64,000 bases of DNA from a plasmid: the sequence record NZ_CP037472.2; one strand, written 5' to 3'. The notes below the pieces were generated by a model that made no database searches, was not told the DNA's origin, and saw only the letters and a program-made list of their open reading frames with translations. Shown in pieces: positions 51,137 to 62,215 of the stretch (position 1 is the first letter of the stretch; the number at the start of each line of letters is the position of its first letter). Both the position numbers and the translations under genes were made by a program.

Positions 51137-52217
51137 ATGAAAATATTAGGTGTAGTGTTTTGTTTATTATATGCCTTAGGTATGAATTCTTGTAAGACTT
51201 GGACCTCAAGGGATTCATCTAAAAGATGGGGATACAAAGTGATGTGACTAGCACTCATCTGGATGATGTTCGTAGTTTAGACCACATGGGTGTAAACTAT
51301 TCAGAAGTGTATAAGGGGTTCGGACTTACAGAGAGCTTGGACGCAGATGATTCAGATTTAAGGCAATCAGAAGTTCCTGTGGAAGAGGAGAGAGTGGTTC
51401 CAGAAATTCAGTTAGATTTTCAACTAAAGTCAGGAACTAAATTAGGAGTAGGTGATGATAATAAGGATAAGAATGATGGTAGAGAAGGAAATAATACAGT
51501 TGATGGTAAAAAAATTGGCATAAATAAACAATATGTTGAAGACAATGGTAACTTAGTAGATGAAGAAAATAAGATTCAAGATTATGATATATTGGATTTT
51601 TAGTACCACTAAAATCCAATATATACTGAACTTATCAATGAAATAAAAGATTACAAAGAAAATCTTTCAGAAAAACTTACACAGTTTAATTTAGAAAACC
51701 TTGCATTTAAGATTCCTTTCAATAAAATTTCGTCAGAATTTGTATCTAAAGATAAACAAGAGGAAATTTATGCAGTTTTGAGATATGATGTTAAGCTTAT
51801 TGAGAAATTAGGAGATATGTTTTCTAGATTGAATTTAGCTGGTTTTAAGTCCTTTAATGATTCTGTGAGAGTGTCTAGAGACATGTTATCAGTTTTAAGC
51901 AGTGTGTCCCATTACTTCCAGGGAAGCTTAAATCATTTTAATGATGAATTATTAGATAAAATTAGTAATTACAAGAGTAGATGATGATATTGATCAGGTT
52001 CTTAGTATTCTAGTTAAGATTGGGCAGGTTAGAGATGGCTTGATTAAGAATATTGATGACTGTGTAAAATCTTTAGAATCAGTGACTGATGAAAAAAGAA
52101 TTGTTGCTGTATTGAAAGAAAGCTTTGCTCAAAATGGGGATATTAAGCGAAAAGTTAGTATTTTAAAAGAATTTAATGACGTTATTGAAAGTTTAGTTGA
52201 TAAGTTGAAAGTTAAAT
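51137..52217 (+). pseudogene. decayed PF-54-like lipoprotein gene (multiple frameshifts)
   Basis: Signal/lipobox MKILGVVFCLLYALGMNSC at 51137 ends in a stop after 36 codons. Middle fragment 51778..51984 carries LRYDVKLIEKLGDMFSRLNL. C-terminal fragment ~51984..52217 carries ...QNGDIKRKVSILKEFNDVIESLVDKL, matching the member-5 C-terminus. Confidence 0.65.
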
Positions 52218-52414
52218 AGGTTATATTAGCCTATTTAACTTTTTTATTTGAATGTGTGTGATTAAAAGGGGGGGGGATGAAAAAGTTTCAAAAAAATTCA
52301 ATTTAAATATTGATAATTTTAATTATTGATATATTATACTGAATATAAATATATATTATATATCATATAGTATTAACTATTATATAATATGTAAACTATA
52401 ATAGGGAGAGGTAT

Positions 52415-53152
52415 ATGAAAAGATCTAATTTAGTGATGGGTAATGTGTCTTGTAATGCAGATAAGATTTCAAAAGGCAAACAGGCTAAAAAATTATTTTA
52501 TGTTAGGAGCAATGTAGGTGGTAATGTGGGTCGTGTACAACCATTTCATATAAGTTCTAAAGAGAAAGCTTACTATACTTTAAAAACAAAAGTAGGTTTT
52601 TATAGAGAGGAACTTGAAGAGATGCAAAAGCATTTTAATTTAAAAGGAGTTTTTTTTAATATTCCTTTCAATAAAATCTCATCAGATTTTGTTGATTTAG
52701 ATAGACAAGATAAAGTTTATGCTAGTCTAGAATATGACGTTGAGGTTATTAAAAAATTGGGAGTGATATTAAATAGGTTAGAGTTAGATGATCTTCCTTT
52801 TGACAATGATGATATAGCTTTTGCTCGTGGTTTATTGATAATTTTAAATAACATTACGGATTGTGCTGAGATAGTTATAAATTACTATTTAAGCAATGAA
52901 AATTTAGTTCAAATTAAAGCTAATAAAGATGAAGCAAAAATTAATAAAATTTATGATCACCTGGAAAAATTTATTAACCAGAGAAAGAATTGTATATCTG
53001 ATGTTAAGGAGCAGATAAAATTGCTTGAATCAAGGATTAGTAGAGACTCTTTATTGTTAGGAATTAAAGAAATTATTAATTTCAAGGGAAAAGTTGGACA
53101 ATCAGTTAGCTTAATGGATACACTTGCCATTACAATTTGGAGTCTTTGTTAA
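52415..53152 (+). CDS. PF-54-like protein, array member 8 (atypical N-terminus)
   Basis: Motif YASLEYDVEVIKKLGVILNRLELDD. The N-terminus MKRSNLVMGNVSCNAD has only a weak signal/lipobox. Confidence 0.6.
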   Translation: MKRSNLVMGNVSCNADKISKGKQAKKLFYVRSNVGGNVGRVQPFHISSKEKAYYTLKTKVGFYREELEEMQKHFNLKGVFFNIPFNKISSDFVDLDRQDKVYASLEYDVEVIKKLGVILNRLELDDLPFDNDDIAFARGLLIILNNITDCAEIVINYYLSNENLVQIKANKDEAKINKIYDHLEKFINQRKNCISDVKEQIKLLESRISRDSLLLGIKEIINFKGKVGQSVSLMDTLAITIWSLC

Positions 53153-53471
53153 GAACAAGAAATACTTTGGTTTCCATTTTTTTAAGTTTTAGTTAGAGGC
53201 GAGTGATTAAGAGGATAGCTGTATTCTTTAAAAGAAAATTTAATACAAAGTATGTCATTTGTAAAAATGGATAAACTTATTAACGGATTTAAGAAAAACA
53301 TTTAACTTTAAAATTTTAATAATTGTACGAAATTTACCTATTATTGTGTTTCAGATAAATAAGACTTACATATTTATATTAATTTATATTATTTAAATAC
53401 AATCATATTATATTATAATATAATTATTATTATAATATAATATGATTGTATTGTACTTATTATAATATAAT

Positions 53472-54452
53472 ATGATTATTTTAAGGAAGGAGAAATATCT
53501 TATGAATAAAAAATTAAAAATGTTGATTTACTATATGTTATGTATTCTAGGTTTGATGTCTTGTAAAAACCCTGGATTAACTCGAAGGTCTCCAGATATT
53601 GATAGAAGCATTAAAGTGGTAATGGAGGGGGGGGAATTCAAAGGTTTACAAGCTTTAACCAAACAAGTTGAACCCTCAAGTGGAGTTGGAGTAGTTGCAG
53701 ATGTTAAGAAGACCAAAGAAGTTACTATAGTTGTAGATAAGGATAAAGCAGGTACAGTTTCAGGTCATAAAACTTCAGGCAAGGTTGTTGCTATAGATAA
53801 ACAAGCAGTGGTAGATTTGGAAAAAAAGAAATTAGAGGAGTATTATGATAAATTTTCAAATAATGTGGCTAGATACAAGTCAGAATTTTTAAGTAATAAT
53901 TCTCAAATTGCATCAAGTGGTATTTCATTACTTGAGCATTTCAAGAAAGTAGCATCAATCTTCGCAGGTTTAGAGCAACAGTTAAATATTTATATTGCAT
54001 TAGGATATGATGTTGAGGCTATTAAAAAGTTGGGAGTGATACTTAAAAAATTAGATTTAGGTTATCCAGCTTCTCTAAATTATGGTGATACAAAAATTGC
54101 TAATAATTTATTGAATCTCTTAGAACAGGTTGGCCTTTACACTAAAAAAATTATGAATACTCATCTAAGCAGTGTAAATTTAAGTAGAATTAAAGTTGCA
54201 AAGACTTTAGATGATATTATTGCAATTGATTCTCTTTTAGAGAGCTTTATTCAAGAAAGAGAAAGGGCAGTAAAGACAATTAAAGACCAAATAACATTGT
54301 TAGCTGAAAAAGAAAAAAAAGAAGATCTCATGGAGGAATTAGTAAAAGTTATTAATTCAGGAGACGATCATAATAGAACAATTAAGAGCGCATCTTATTC
54401 TATTGTAGGATTCTCGGATCAAATAGGCAATTTGATTTCTAAACTATTATAG
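53472..54452 (+). CDS. PF-54-like lipoprotein, array member 9
   Basis: Probable start at 53502, MNKKLKMLIYYMLCILGLMSC. Motif YIALGYDVEAIKKLGVILKKLDLGY. Confidence 0.7.
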   Translation: MIILRKEKYLMNKKLKMLIYYMLCILGLMSCKNPGLTRRSPDIDRSIKVVMEGGEFKGLQALTKQVEPSSGVGVVADVKKTKEVTIVVDKDKAGTVSGHKTSGKVVAIDKQAVVDLEKKKLEEYYDKFSNNVARYKSEFLSNNSQIASSGISLLEHFKKVASIFAGLEQQLNIYIALGYDVEAIKKLGVILKKLDLGYPASLNYGDTKIANNLLNLLEQVGLYTKKIMNTHLSSVNLSRIKVAKTLDDIIAIDSLLESFIQERERAVKTIKDQITLLAEKEKKEDLMEELVKVINSGDDHNRTIKSASYSIVGFSDQIGNLISKLL

Positions 54453-54494
54453 TGAAATGTGTTAACTTTTTTAGACTTAAATTTGAAATAGAAT

Positions 54495-54521
54495 AGGCCA
54501 TGAGTATGGCCTAAATTTTTT
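54495..54521 (+). terminator. rho-independent terminator
   Basis: aggccat-gagt-atggcct 7-bp perfect stem followed by aaatttttt. Confidence 0.5.
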
Positions 54522-55057
54522 ATAAATTTAATCAACAAAATTTAGTTTTAACTATAGATATATTTAGATTTTTTTGTTAATTCTTAAGCTTAGTTTAAAT
54601 TATGTCTTAAAGACATGAATATACAAGTCTTAAAAGGTTGTATGGTTTATTGGATCTATTAGTTGTTTCTGATCAAGCTAGAAATCATCATATTGTTGGT
54701 AGAATTTTAGATATTTTTCTAGTAAAAGATTTAACTTAAAAAGTTAATCTTGTTAAGATCTAATCTTAAAAATGTTAAGAGACTAAAAAGAGTTGATCAT
54801 ATTGATAGATGATATTACAGTATAAGTCACTGAACTTATCGTGATCTTTAATGAAAACCAATTTAAGAGGAATTAAAATTTCAAGATCTCGTCTAATAAA
54901 ATAACTAATATCACTTAAAATTAACAATCAAACATAATAAGTGATTTTATTGGCATTATTGCTTCAAGCAGTTGTATCCGTTTAAATGTGATTTACTTAA
55001 TAAATTTAATTTTAAATTAAATTCAATTTTAAATTAAATTTGATTGCAGATTTTGTG

Positions 55058-55151
55058 TTATTTAAGTATAATAAATATTACAGGTTAAGCCACCACCTGA
55101 TCCAGCTTACGTACTTTGAAACGTAATTTAAAGACGTAGGCTGTCCTTTTT
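55058..55151. repeat. ~95-bp intergenic repeat, copy A
   Basis: ttatttaagtataataaatattacaggttaagccaccacctgatccagcttacgtactttgaaacgtaatttaaagacgtaggctgtccttttt. Internal hairpin ttacgt-actttgaa-acgtaa. Confidence 0.85.
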
Positions 55152-55672
55152 ATTTTTGATCAAATTATTAGTCTACATATTAATTAGTAATATAATAGAT
55201 GTATTACCAATAAGTAATGTATATTATATAAGTTTATGGTTTTTGTTTAGTGTCATCAAAAACCATAAAGATTAAATAATTTTTAGTTTAATGGTGTTAT
55301 GTCTAGTATCTTTAGTTACTTTAATAATATTAAATTTTATCAGTAAAGATAAGAGATTGATTTTCAGTAGTATTTGTTTAAACTAGTTAAAGTATTTTTT
55401 TGATAAATCTATGATGAGCTATTTTTAAATTATTAATAATCTTAAAAATAAATATTAGAATTAGATTATAGTAGTATTATGATAAATTATTGTTAAAGGA
55501 GAAAGAAAAACTAAGGCAGCAAAGTTTGAAATTAATTTATAGTTCATTATTTAGTAAATAGTCTTTTTTAGAACTAAAACCCTATCAGGTGATAGAAAAA
55601 GTTATTTTTATTAATTTTTATTAATTGATAAAAACGTTAAAATTCATTATAATTGAGTTGCAAATCTTATAT

Positions 55673-55768
55673 TATTTAAGTATAATAAATATTACAGGTT
55701 GAGCCACCACCTGATCCAGCTTACGTACTTTAAAACGTAATTTAAAGACGTAGGCTGTCCTTTTTTTG
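55673..55768. repeat. ~95-bp intergenic repeat, copy B (2 substitutions versus copy A)
   Basis: Same sequence as copy A, with g for a in aggtt[a/g]agcc and a for g in ctt[t][g/a]aaacg. Confidence 0.85.
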
Positions 55769-56892
55769 ATATTATCTTATACTTTTCATTAAATTGTATA
55801 AAAAATATAAAACTAAAATCCTAATTAATCAATATGATTAATTAACATGTAATTAAAATATATCTATTTTTGTAATTGTTAAGGTCTGGTATTGTAATAG
55901 GTTATTAAGGGGGAAGACAATAGAATAGTATAAAAAGTAATTTCAATGTAGTAATGGGAGATATAAATAAATGTTAGCTATGTAATGGAGGTTAGATGTG
56001 ACAGGTTAGAAGTGCAGATTAAAATATGAAAGATGAGTATGAAAATAAACTATGAAATAATTTAGTAAAAACTTTAGTTACAGTAATATTAATTGTGATA
56101 ATTAATAATTATTCGTATATAATAATAAGTATAAAGATATATTATGTATTATATAGTAGTAAATATAGAGAAGTAAGTGTATACTAATTATTAGTTTTTA
56201 AAAAATAAAGAATGATAAAAATCAGTCTACATTTTTTAAGTAGGTAGTCTGGGTCAGGTGGTGGCTCTGCCTTTATTTTTATACTTGTAATTATATTAAA
56301 AAATTATAGGAAGCTATTTAATGTTGGGATATGGTCCACAGGTAGGTATGTCGTGTAAGGGATAAACTGTGACTTATCGTTATTAGAAAATTAATAGACA
56401 AACTTAACAAGGGTGCAAAATAAAAATTTGAAAAAAGGTTAAGCCACCTATCAGCTTAATTATTGCATAACTGAGCTGATGTTAAACAATCGCTTATTGT
56501 TAAGCTAAGAACATGAAAAGTTTTATACTTTGACGTTAGTACATAAAAGTATTATATATATTATTATTATATAGGCTTGATTTTTGTTTGTACAGTAGAA
56601 AAGCTTAAAAAGAGTAATTTTTACTGAAAAATCTGGTGAGTATTTGGTTATTTCATAATCATAGTAATATTTATAGTCAAAAAATTAACGAAAAGAAAAA
56701 TAATAACTAGTGGTTAAAAATCATTTAAATATATTTAGTAACGTGAACAGTTTCAAGTCATATGCTTTGACAAACTTTAATTTTATAACATCTTATATTA
56801 GTAGAGTATTAATTGTTATAATTAATTATAGCTTTTAGCTAGAATTATGAGTTTTAGTTATATGTGTATGGTATTTGGTGATGGTTATTTAA

Positions 56893-57744
56893 ATGAGAAT
56901 AGAAGTGGGGAAGGGGGGCAAGAGTTGTATGAAAAAGTTTAGTATGTTATTTGTTATGAGTGTGATTATTTGTATTTGTGTGGGGTGTAGGTTGTTTCAA
57001 GTCTCTTCGGAAAAAGCACGCTCTTATTTGACAGTTGTAAATGCATCATTAGATAATAAAATTAAGGAAGATGCAGAATTGTCTAAAAGACTAGCATCGT
57101 CTTTAGTTATTTTAGAAAATTTAATCAAAAATAAAGACGAGATGCAAAAAATAGATAGAAGTTACTCTGAACTTAAAGATAAAGTAGAAAAATATAGGTT
57201 AAGACTTAGCTCTCAGGAATCTGAATTTAGTCCAGATCTTAGTTCATTAATTGTGCTTTTTAGAGCAGTGGGAATGACGTTTGAGCATATAAGGATAAGG
57301 TACAATATTTATGCTACTCTAGGATATAATTTAACAATTATTGGGCAGTTGGAGAAAATATTGAATCACTTAAGTCTCAATGCTCAGAGTATAGATAGAA
57401 GTCTGGCATATGATTTACTTGTATTTTTAAGTAATGTTACAAATTTTGCTCGATTGATTGTAGATGTTTATTTAAGAGATTTGAAATTGGCTAAAATTGC
57501 AACTAAAGATAAAGTTATGACTGAGATTTATTATCAGCTAGATGAATTTATTATAAGAAGAGAGTACTTGATAGAGAGAATGAAAGAAATGATAAGTTTA
57601 GTGGCATCAAAGACGGGTAATAAGCTAGAGATGTTAGAGATATTGGGTAGGGAACTTGATAAGGATTCAGAAATTGTAAAGATGGTTAATTTACTTCAAG
57701 AAATTAAATATAAAATAGAAATATTGACTTGGACGTGGGAATAA
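56893..57744 (+). CDS. PF-54-like lipoprotein, array member 10
   Basis: Probable start at 56929, MKKFSMLFVMSVIICICVGC. Motif YATLGYNLTIIGQLEKILNHLSLN. Confidence 0.7.
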   Translation: MRIEVGKGGKSCMKKFSMLFVMSVIICICVGCRLFQVSSEKARSYLTVVNASLDNKIKEDAELSKRLASSLVILENLIKNKDEMQKIDRSYSELKDKVEKYRLRLSSQESEFSPDLSSLIVLFRAVGMTFEHIRIRYNIYATLGYNLTIIGQLEKILNHLSLNAQSIDRSLAYDLLVFLSNVTNFARLIVDVYLRDLKLAKIATKDKVMTEIYYQLDEFIIRREYLIERMKEMISLVASKTGNKLEMLEILGRELDKDSEIVKMVNLLQEIKYKIEILTWTWE

Positions 57745-57840
57745 TTAATTACTTTATAGTGTGATATAGACAAATATTTTTTTGCATTATTAATGAATGT
57801 TTGTTTGATTTTGTAACTTATTATTTTGTCTAAAATAAGA

Positions 57841-57870
57841 AAGGGGAGAAAAGATAATTTTCTCCCCTTT
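57841..57870. terminator. bidirectional rho-independent terminator between convergent genes
   Basis: aaggggagaaaa-gataa-ttttctcccctt, 12-bp perfect stem. Confidence 0.65.
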
Positions 57871-57897
57871 GGGTTATTGAGCCATTTTAAAATTGTA

Positions 57898-58800
57898 TTA
57901 TATTTTAGATAAATTATTTGTAACTTTTTGATGAAGTTCTTTTATTTTAGGAAGTTCTGTCTTAAGTATTGTATTATATTGAGAATCTACATAATTTCTT
58001 AGTGTTGCTTCATTGCTTTTTATACCAGAAGTATCAGCCTCATGTTCAGCAATGATTTTATTAACAGTATCTTGCCATTTCTTTCTTAATTCTTCAATCT
58101 TTTCAAGGTTGTCTTTGATGTCTTTTAGTTGTTCAAGTGTCAATTTCTTAAGATTGTCTTTTTTAGTGTTTATTGTCTTAACCGTTTCTTCAAAATTTAC
58201 TTGAGTATATGTTACTCCGGCTTCCAAGATAGATTCTGCTAACTTATTGGTATCATTTCTTGCTATTGCATTAAGGATTTGTCCAAACTTTTGAATTGTG
58301 TTTTCTTTCCAATCCAAGGATGAATATAGTTTTTGTCTTATATTTTTATTTTCACTAGAATTTATTGTTTTGCTATTTTTAGTGAGCTTTAAAATTTTAA
58401 ATACCCCCCATTCCATTCCATATTGTTCATGGCCTTCAGTTTTTTTGTTATATTCGTTTATTAACTCCACACTAGTTTGAGCTTTTTTTGTTATCTCAGC
58501 TATTAATGCAGTTTTTTCTTTATTTTCTGCTGATTCTTTTTGTAGAATTGCTTCTGGGTTTTCTTGTTCATTTGGTTTGATTTCTAGATCCGGTGTCAAA
58601 TTTTCTTCATCTTTTTCATTAGTTAGTTGTGGATTTAATGCTTCTCTTTCTAATTTTGTTGAGCCGTCAGATTGATTTTCATTTTTCTGATAGTTTTTTT
58701 GACTCTTTAACTTTATATTACCATATGGTTCACAACTGATTAAAGTGAATGACGTTAAAGCAAATATAATAAGAGCGTTATTTAAAATATTCTTTCTCAT
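57898..58800 (-). CDS. CspA/CRASP-1-like lipoprotein (divergent subgroup), minus-strand member 11
   Basis: MRKNILNNALIIFALTSFTLISC. Motif KLYSSLDWKENTIQKFGQILNAIARND is closest to the CspA LYSSLDYKKENIEKL block. 300 aa. Confidence 0.7.
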   Translation of the reverse strand: MRKNILNNALIIFALTSFTLISCEPYGNIKLKSQKNYQKNENQSDGSTKLEREALNPQLTNEKDEENLTPDLEIKPNEQENPEAILQKESAENKEKTALIAEITKKAQTSVELINEYNKKTEGHEQYGMEWGVFKILKLTKNSKTINSSENKNIRQKLYSSLDWKENTIQKFGQILNAIARNDTNKLAESILEAGVTYTQVNFEETVKTINTKKDNLKKLTLEQLKDIKDNLEKIEELRKKWQDTVNKIIAEHEADTSGIKSNEATLRNYVDSQYNTILKTELPKIKELHQKVTNNLSKI

Positions 58801-59046
58801 AAATATTCTCCTTCCTTAATATTATAATCTTAATTAATATCAATTATAATATAATATTATATATCATTTAATACAAAAACAATATATTGATAAAAAATTA
58901 TTTTTTATAATGGTACTTATCTATAGTTTATATTTGTTTTATTGATAATGCTTATTTATTCCAAAGTCGTTGTATAAAAATGCTAGTTTTATTAAGTGTT
59001 ATTTTATGTACGTGTATTTGCAATATTGGTTGGAAGTTTGTTAAAA

Positions 59047-59067
59047 AAAGAGAAGATATTCTTCTCT
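59047..59067. terminator. bidirectional terminator hairpin
   Basis: aagagaaga-tat-tcttctctt, flanked by an A-run and a T-run. Confidence 0.55.
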
Positions 59068-59096
59068 TTTTTTAATTTTTACTTAAGATAATAATA

Positions 59097-59939
59097 TTAT
59101 TTTATTGTATCTAGAATTGTTTTAATATCGCCACTAGTTGTTGCGATTTTATCAAGTTCAGACTTAATTTTTGAGTCGTATTTTGGCTTTATATAATCTA
59201 CTAATTTTTTAACATCATTTTTGATGCTGTCTTTATCATCTGTATGATCTTTAACAATTTCCTTTACAAGATTTATCCAATTTTGTTTTAAGCTGTCAAT
59301 TCCATCAAATTTTGCTTTCAATTCAGTCATCTTTTCATAAGGTAAATCATTAAGCTTGTCTTTTTTAAGGTCTATTTGATTAACTATCTTTTCAAATCCA
59401 TCTTGAAGCTTGTGACCTGCGTCAATAAGATCTTTAGGCAAAGTCCCTTTATTAGTGTCATCCTTTTCTACTTGTCCGATAATTTTTCCAAAATCTTCAA
59501 TTGTTGTCTTTTCCCAATTCAAGGATGCATAGAATTGTTCTCTTAAAGTTTTGTTTTCTACCTCATCATAGGTTTTTTGATTGCTGCTATTGGTTAATTT
59601 TTTGAATACGTCTGTTTTCATTCCGTGTTGTTCATCGGATTCTTGCTTACCTTTTACCATTTCTTGTTCTTCTGTTATTTTTTTATTAAGAGCATCTATT
59701 AAAGGTTTGTTTGCTTCATTTGCATTTTCTGGTTGCTTTGCATCATTTGCATCTGCTAAATTTGCATTTGCTAAATTTACATCTGATGAAGCTTGTTGTG
59801 AGCTGTCATCACCTTGGATATTGTTTGAGGTGTTTTTTTTATTATCTTTTATTAATGAGTCAATTGGCTTACAGCTAGTTAAAGTAAATGCTACTAGAGT
59901 AAAGATAATAAAAGTGTTGTTTAAAATATTTTTTTTCAT
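59097..59939 (-). CDS. CspA/CRASP-1-like lipoprotein, minus-strand member 12
   Basis: MKKNILNNTFIIFTLVAFTLTSC. Motif QFYASLNWEKTTIEDFGKIIGQVEKDD. 280 aa. Confidence 0.7.
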   Translation of the reverse strand: MKKNILNNTFIIFTLVAFTLTSCKPIDSLIKDNKKNTSNNIQGDDSSQQASSDVNLANANLADANDAKQPENANEANKPLIDALNKKITEEQEMVKGKQESDEQHGMKTDVFKKLTNSSNQKTYDEVENKTLREQFYASLNWEKTTIEDFGKIIGQVEKDDTNKGTLPKDLIDAGHKLQDGFEKIVNQIDLKKDKLNDLPYEKMTELKAKFDGIDSLKQNWINLVKEIVKDHTDDKDSIKNDVKKLVDYIKPKYDSKIKSELDKIATTSGDIKTILDTIK

Positions 59940-61178
59940 AAATATTCTCCTTCCTTAAAATCAAAATTGATTATCAAATGATAATCATTCTAAATAAGAA
60001 TTATACATTTTTAAATTTAGATGTCAAGTTAGTTAAGTGAGATGATAATAAAAATTTTTCTTATAATGTTTTTGGTTTAGCAATTTTTTATTTATGCCAA
60101 AATCTAATGGATAGTGTTTTAGATTAATTTTGAATTTATTTGAAATGAACTCATCTAATGAGACAGGTTTTACTTTATTCTCAAGATTGCAACTTTTACT
60201 TCTAACTTTTCTGTTTCATTGTTAAAAGATTTATATGAATTAACTTAGAATTAATACTTTAGACTTCACAATATTTTTCTTTTTGCACTTAAAAGACTGA
60301 ATCAGTCGTTGTAATATTTTAGCTTTAAAATATAGTAGGTTATTATTATTTCTTAATAAATTATGTATTTACTTTTATTTGAATATCAATATATACATAA
60401 ACAACTTATTCATAGCATCGTGATATAAAGTATACTGCTTTAATGGTATGATCACATTTATTAAAAAGGAGTAAAAAAATTTGCTTACTCCTGATGGGGG
60501 TCTATTAAAGCTTAATTTATAGTGCTTTTGCATTTTATTTTTTTTCTAAATAAAGACAATCTTGAACTCATTTTTATGTTATTAATTGGCTTTCGGATTA
60601 CTGGCCAGAAGTTTGCTTTCATGTTCTCCCTTACCTTAAAGGATTTTAGTTATGCTGAAATCTAGCTAACTTCTTTTCTGGTAGGTTTTTATCACCAGTA
60701 AATAATGACCAGTAACTGAATGCCTATCAGGTTTTGCCCCCGTTTTTCCAGGTTCTCAGTTATAAAAAATTAACATAAGAACACTAAAATGCACATAACA
60801 GAAAAGATATACTTCAAAATATTTTCCTTATTACTGGAACCAAAAAATTAATTAATTGAAATCTTTAATTAATTAATTTTTTTGTAACTTAGTATTATTA
60901 ATTATAATAACCATTAACTAATATTGTATATTTATTTTATTTAAATATCAATACAAAAAGAAGGAAATAATAATACTATAATAATTTATTAATTGATATT
61001 ATAATTTTTATTTATTGTATTTTTGAACTAAGATTGCTTTTTAGATTTTTAAAAATTCTTTAGAAATCTAAAAATAGAAATACTTTGTATTGATTTTATT
61101 ACTTAAATAAATATACAATATTAGTTTTTTATATTTTATTTAAAGTTCTTTTTGTACTTCAAATCGATCATTATTCGT

Positions 61179-61454
61179 TCAATTATCGTTATAGTCTAAT
61201 TTGTATTGTGTTGTATTTTCTGCTCCTATTAGTTGTTTTAGTTTCCGTATTTCATTTTTTATTTGTTGTCTTCTTTTTGCTTTTTCTAGATTTTTTTTTG
61301 CATTTTTTGGTATTTTTGTTAATTTTTTGTGTATTGTTTTTTGTTTTTTTTCTATTGATCTGTATGCTTTGATTTCTATATCTTTCTTGATTAGATGCTG
61401 TCTACAAGCAATTAAGCTTGTTAAAGCTAGTAATACAAAAATATTATACTTCAA
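61179..61454 (-). CDS. small basic putative lipoprotein
   Basis: MKYNIFVLLALTSLIAC, then a Lys/Arg-rich 70-aa tail. Confidence 0.4.
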   Translation of the reverse strand: MKYNIFVLLALTSLIACRQHLIKKDIEIKAYRSIEKKQKTIHKKLTKIPKNAKKNLEKAKRRQQIKNEIRKLKQLIGAENTTQYKLDYNDN

Positions 61455-62215
61455 AATATCCTTCTTAGGTTAAGCCTAAAAACTAATTAGTAGTAATTGT
61501 ACTTATTGAATACTAAATATTTCTTGATTTGTATTATATGTTTATTTGGTTTGAGTATCAAGTTAAGAAAATTAAATGGAAGGAGATCAATGTTTATCTC
61601 CTTCCACAAAGCTTAAAAAGCTTTTATAAAAGGTATTATATAATCATTATATCTTGTTTAAGATATTAGTAATCTCTGGAGATTATATTATTAATTTTAT
61701 GAATTTTTTCTTTAAAATTAGCTGTTTACTTTCTAGGTAATATTATTGTATTTCTCTATAAAGTTTATTAGGATTTAAGAACTTGATTTTTTGCTATAAT
61801 TGTATTGACTTTCCTTTTGGTGTTTCTAAGTCAGCGATAGTTGACTTTTCAAGTTTATCTTGTTTGTTTTTTAACGTTTTGAATGAGTATAAAATTAATT
61901 ATTGTATATTTTTTGAGATTTTTTCTCTAGAAAACCTTATTTCTCTTAGAAATGGCATGAACAATATTACCAGGAGTAGGTGTTGCTTGAACTACTATTA
62001 TTCTATTGAGTTGTTCTATAAAAATTTTGAAGATAAAGTCTGCATCATATTTAAGGTCAGGTATATTTATCTTCTAGTTTATATACTAGTGTTATCAGTA
62101 TATAAGCTAAATGATAATGATAAACTATTTAATGAAATTGAATATAATAGTCATGTTATAAATACAAGATATTTATGATCTTGTATTTATTCATTCTGTA
62201 AGTTTTTATAACTAA

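Noticed and set aside
55058-55768. Possible CRISPR array, suggested by the repeated ~95-bp elements.
   Set aside because: There are only two full copies, separated by ~520 bp. They have no short regular spacing and there are no cas genes anywhere in the window. The pattern is not CRISPR-like.
61783-62178. 131-aa + strand ORF between minus-strand lipoprotein genes.
   Set aside because: It is Cys/Phe/Tyr-rich and low-complexity. It has no RBS and lies in an AT-rich intergenic region next to the promoter region of the 62216..63061 gene. It is most likely non-coding.
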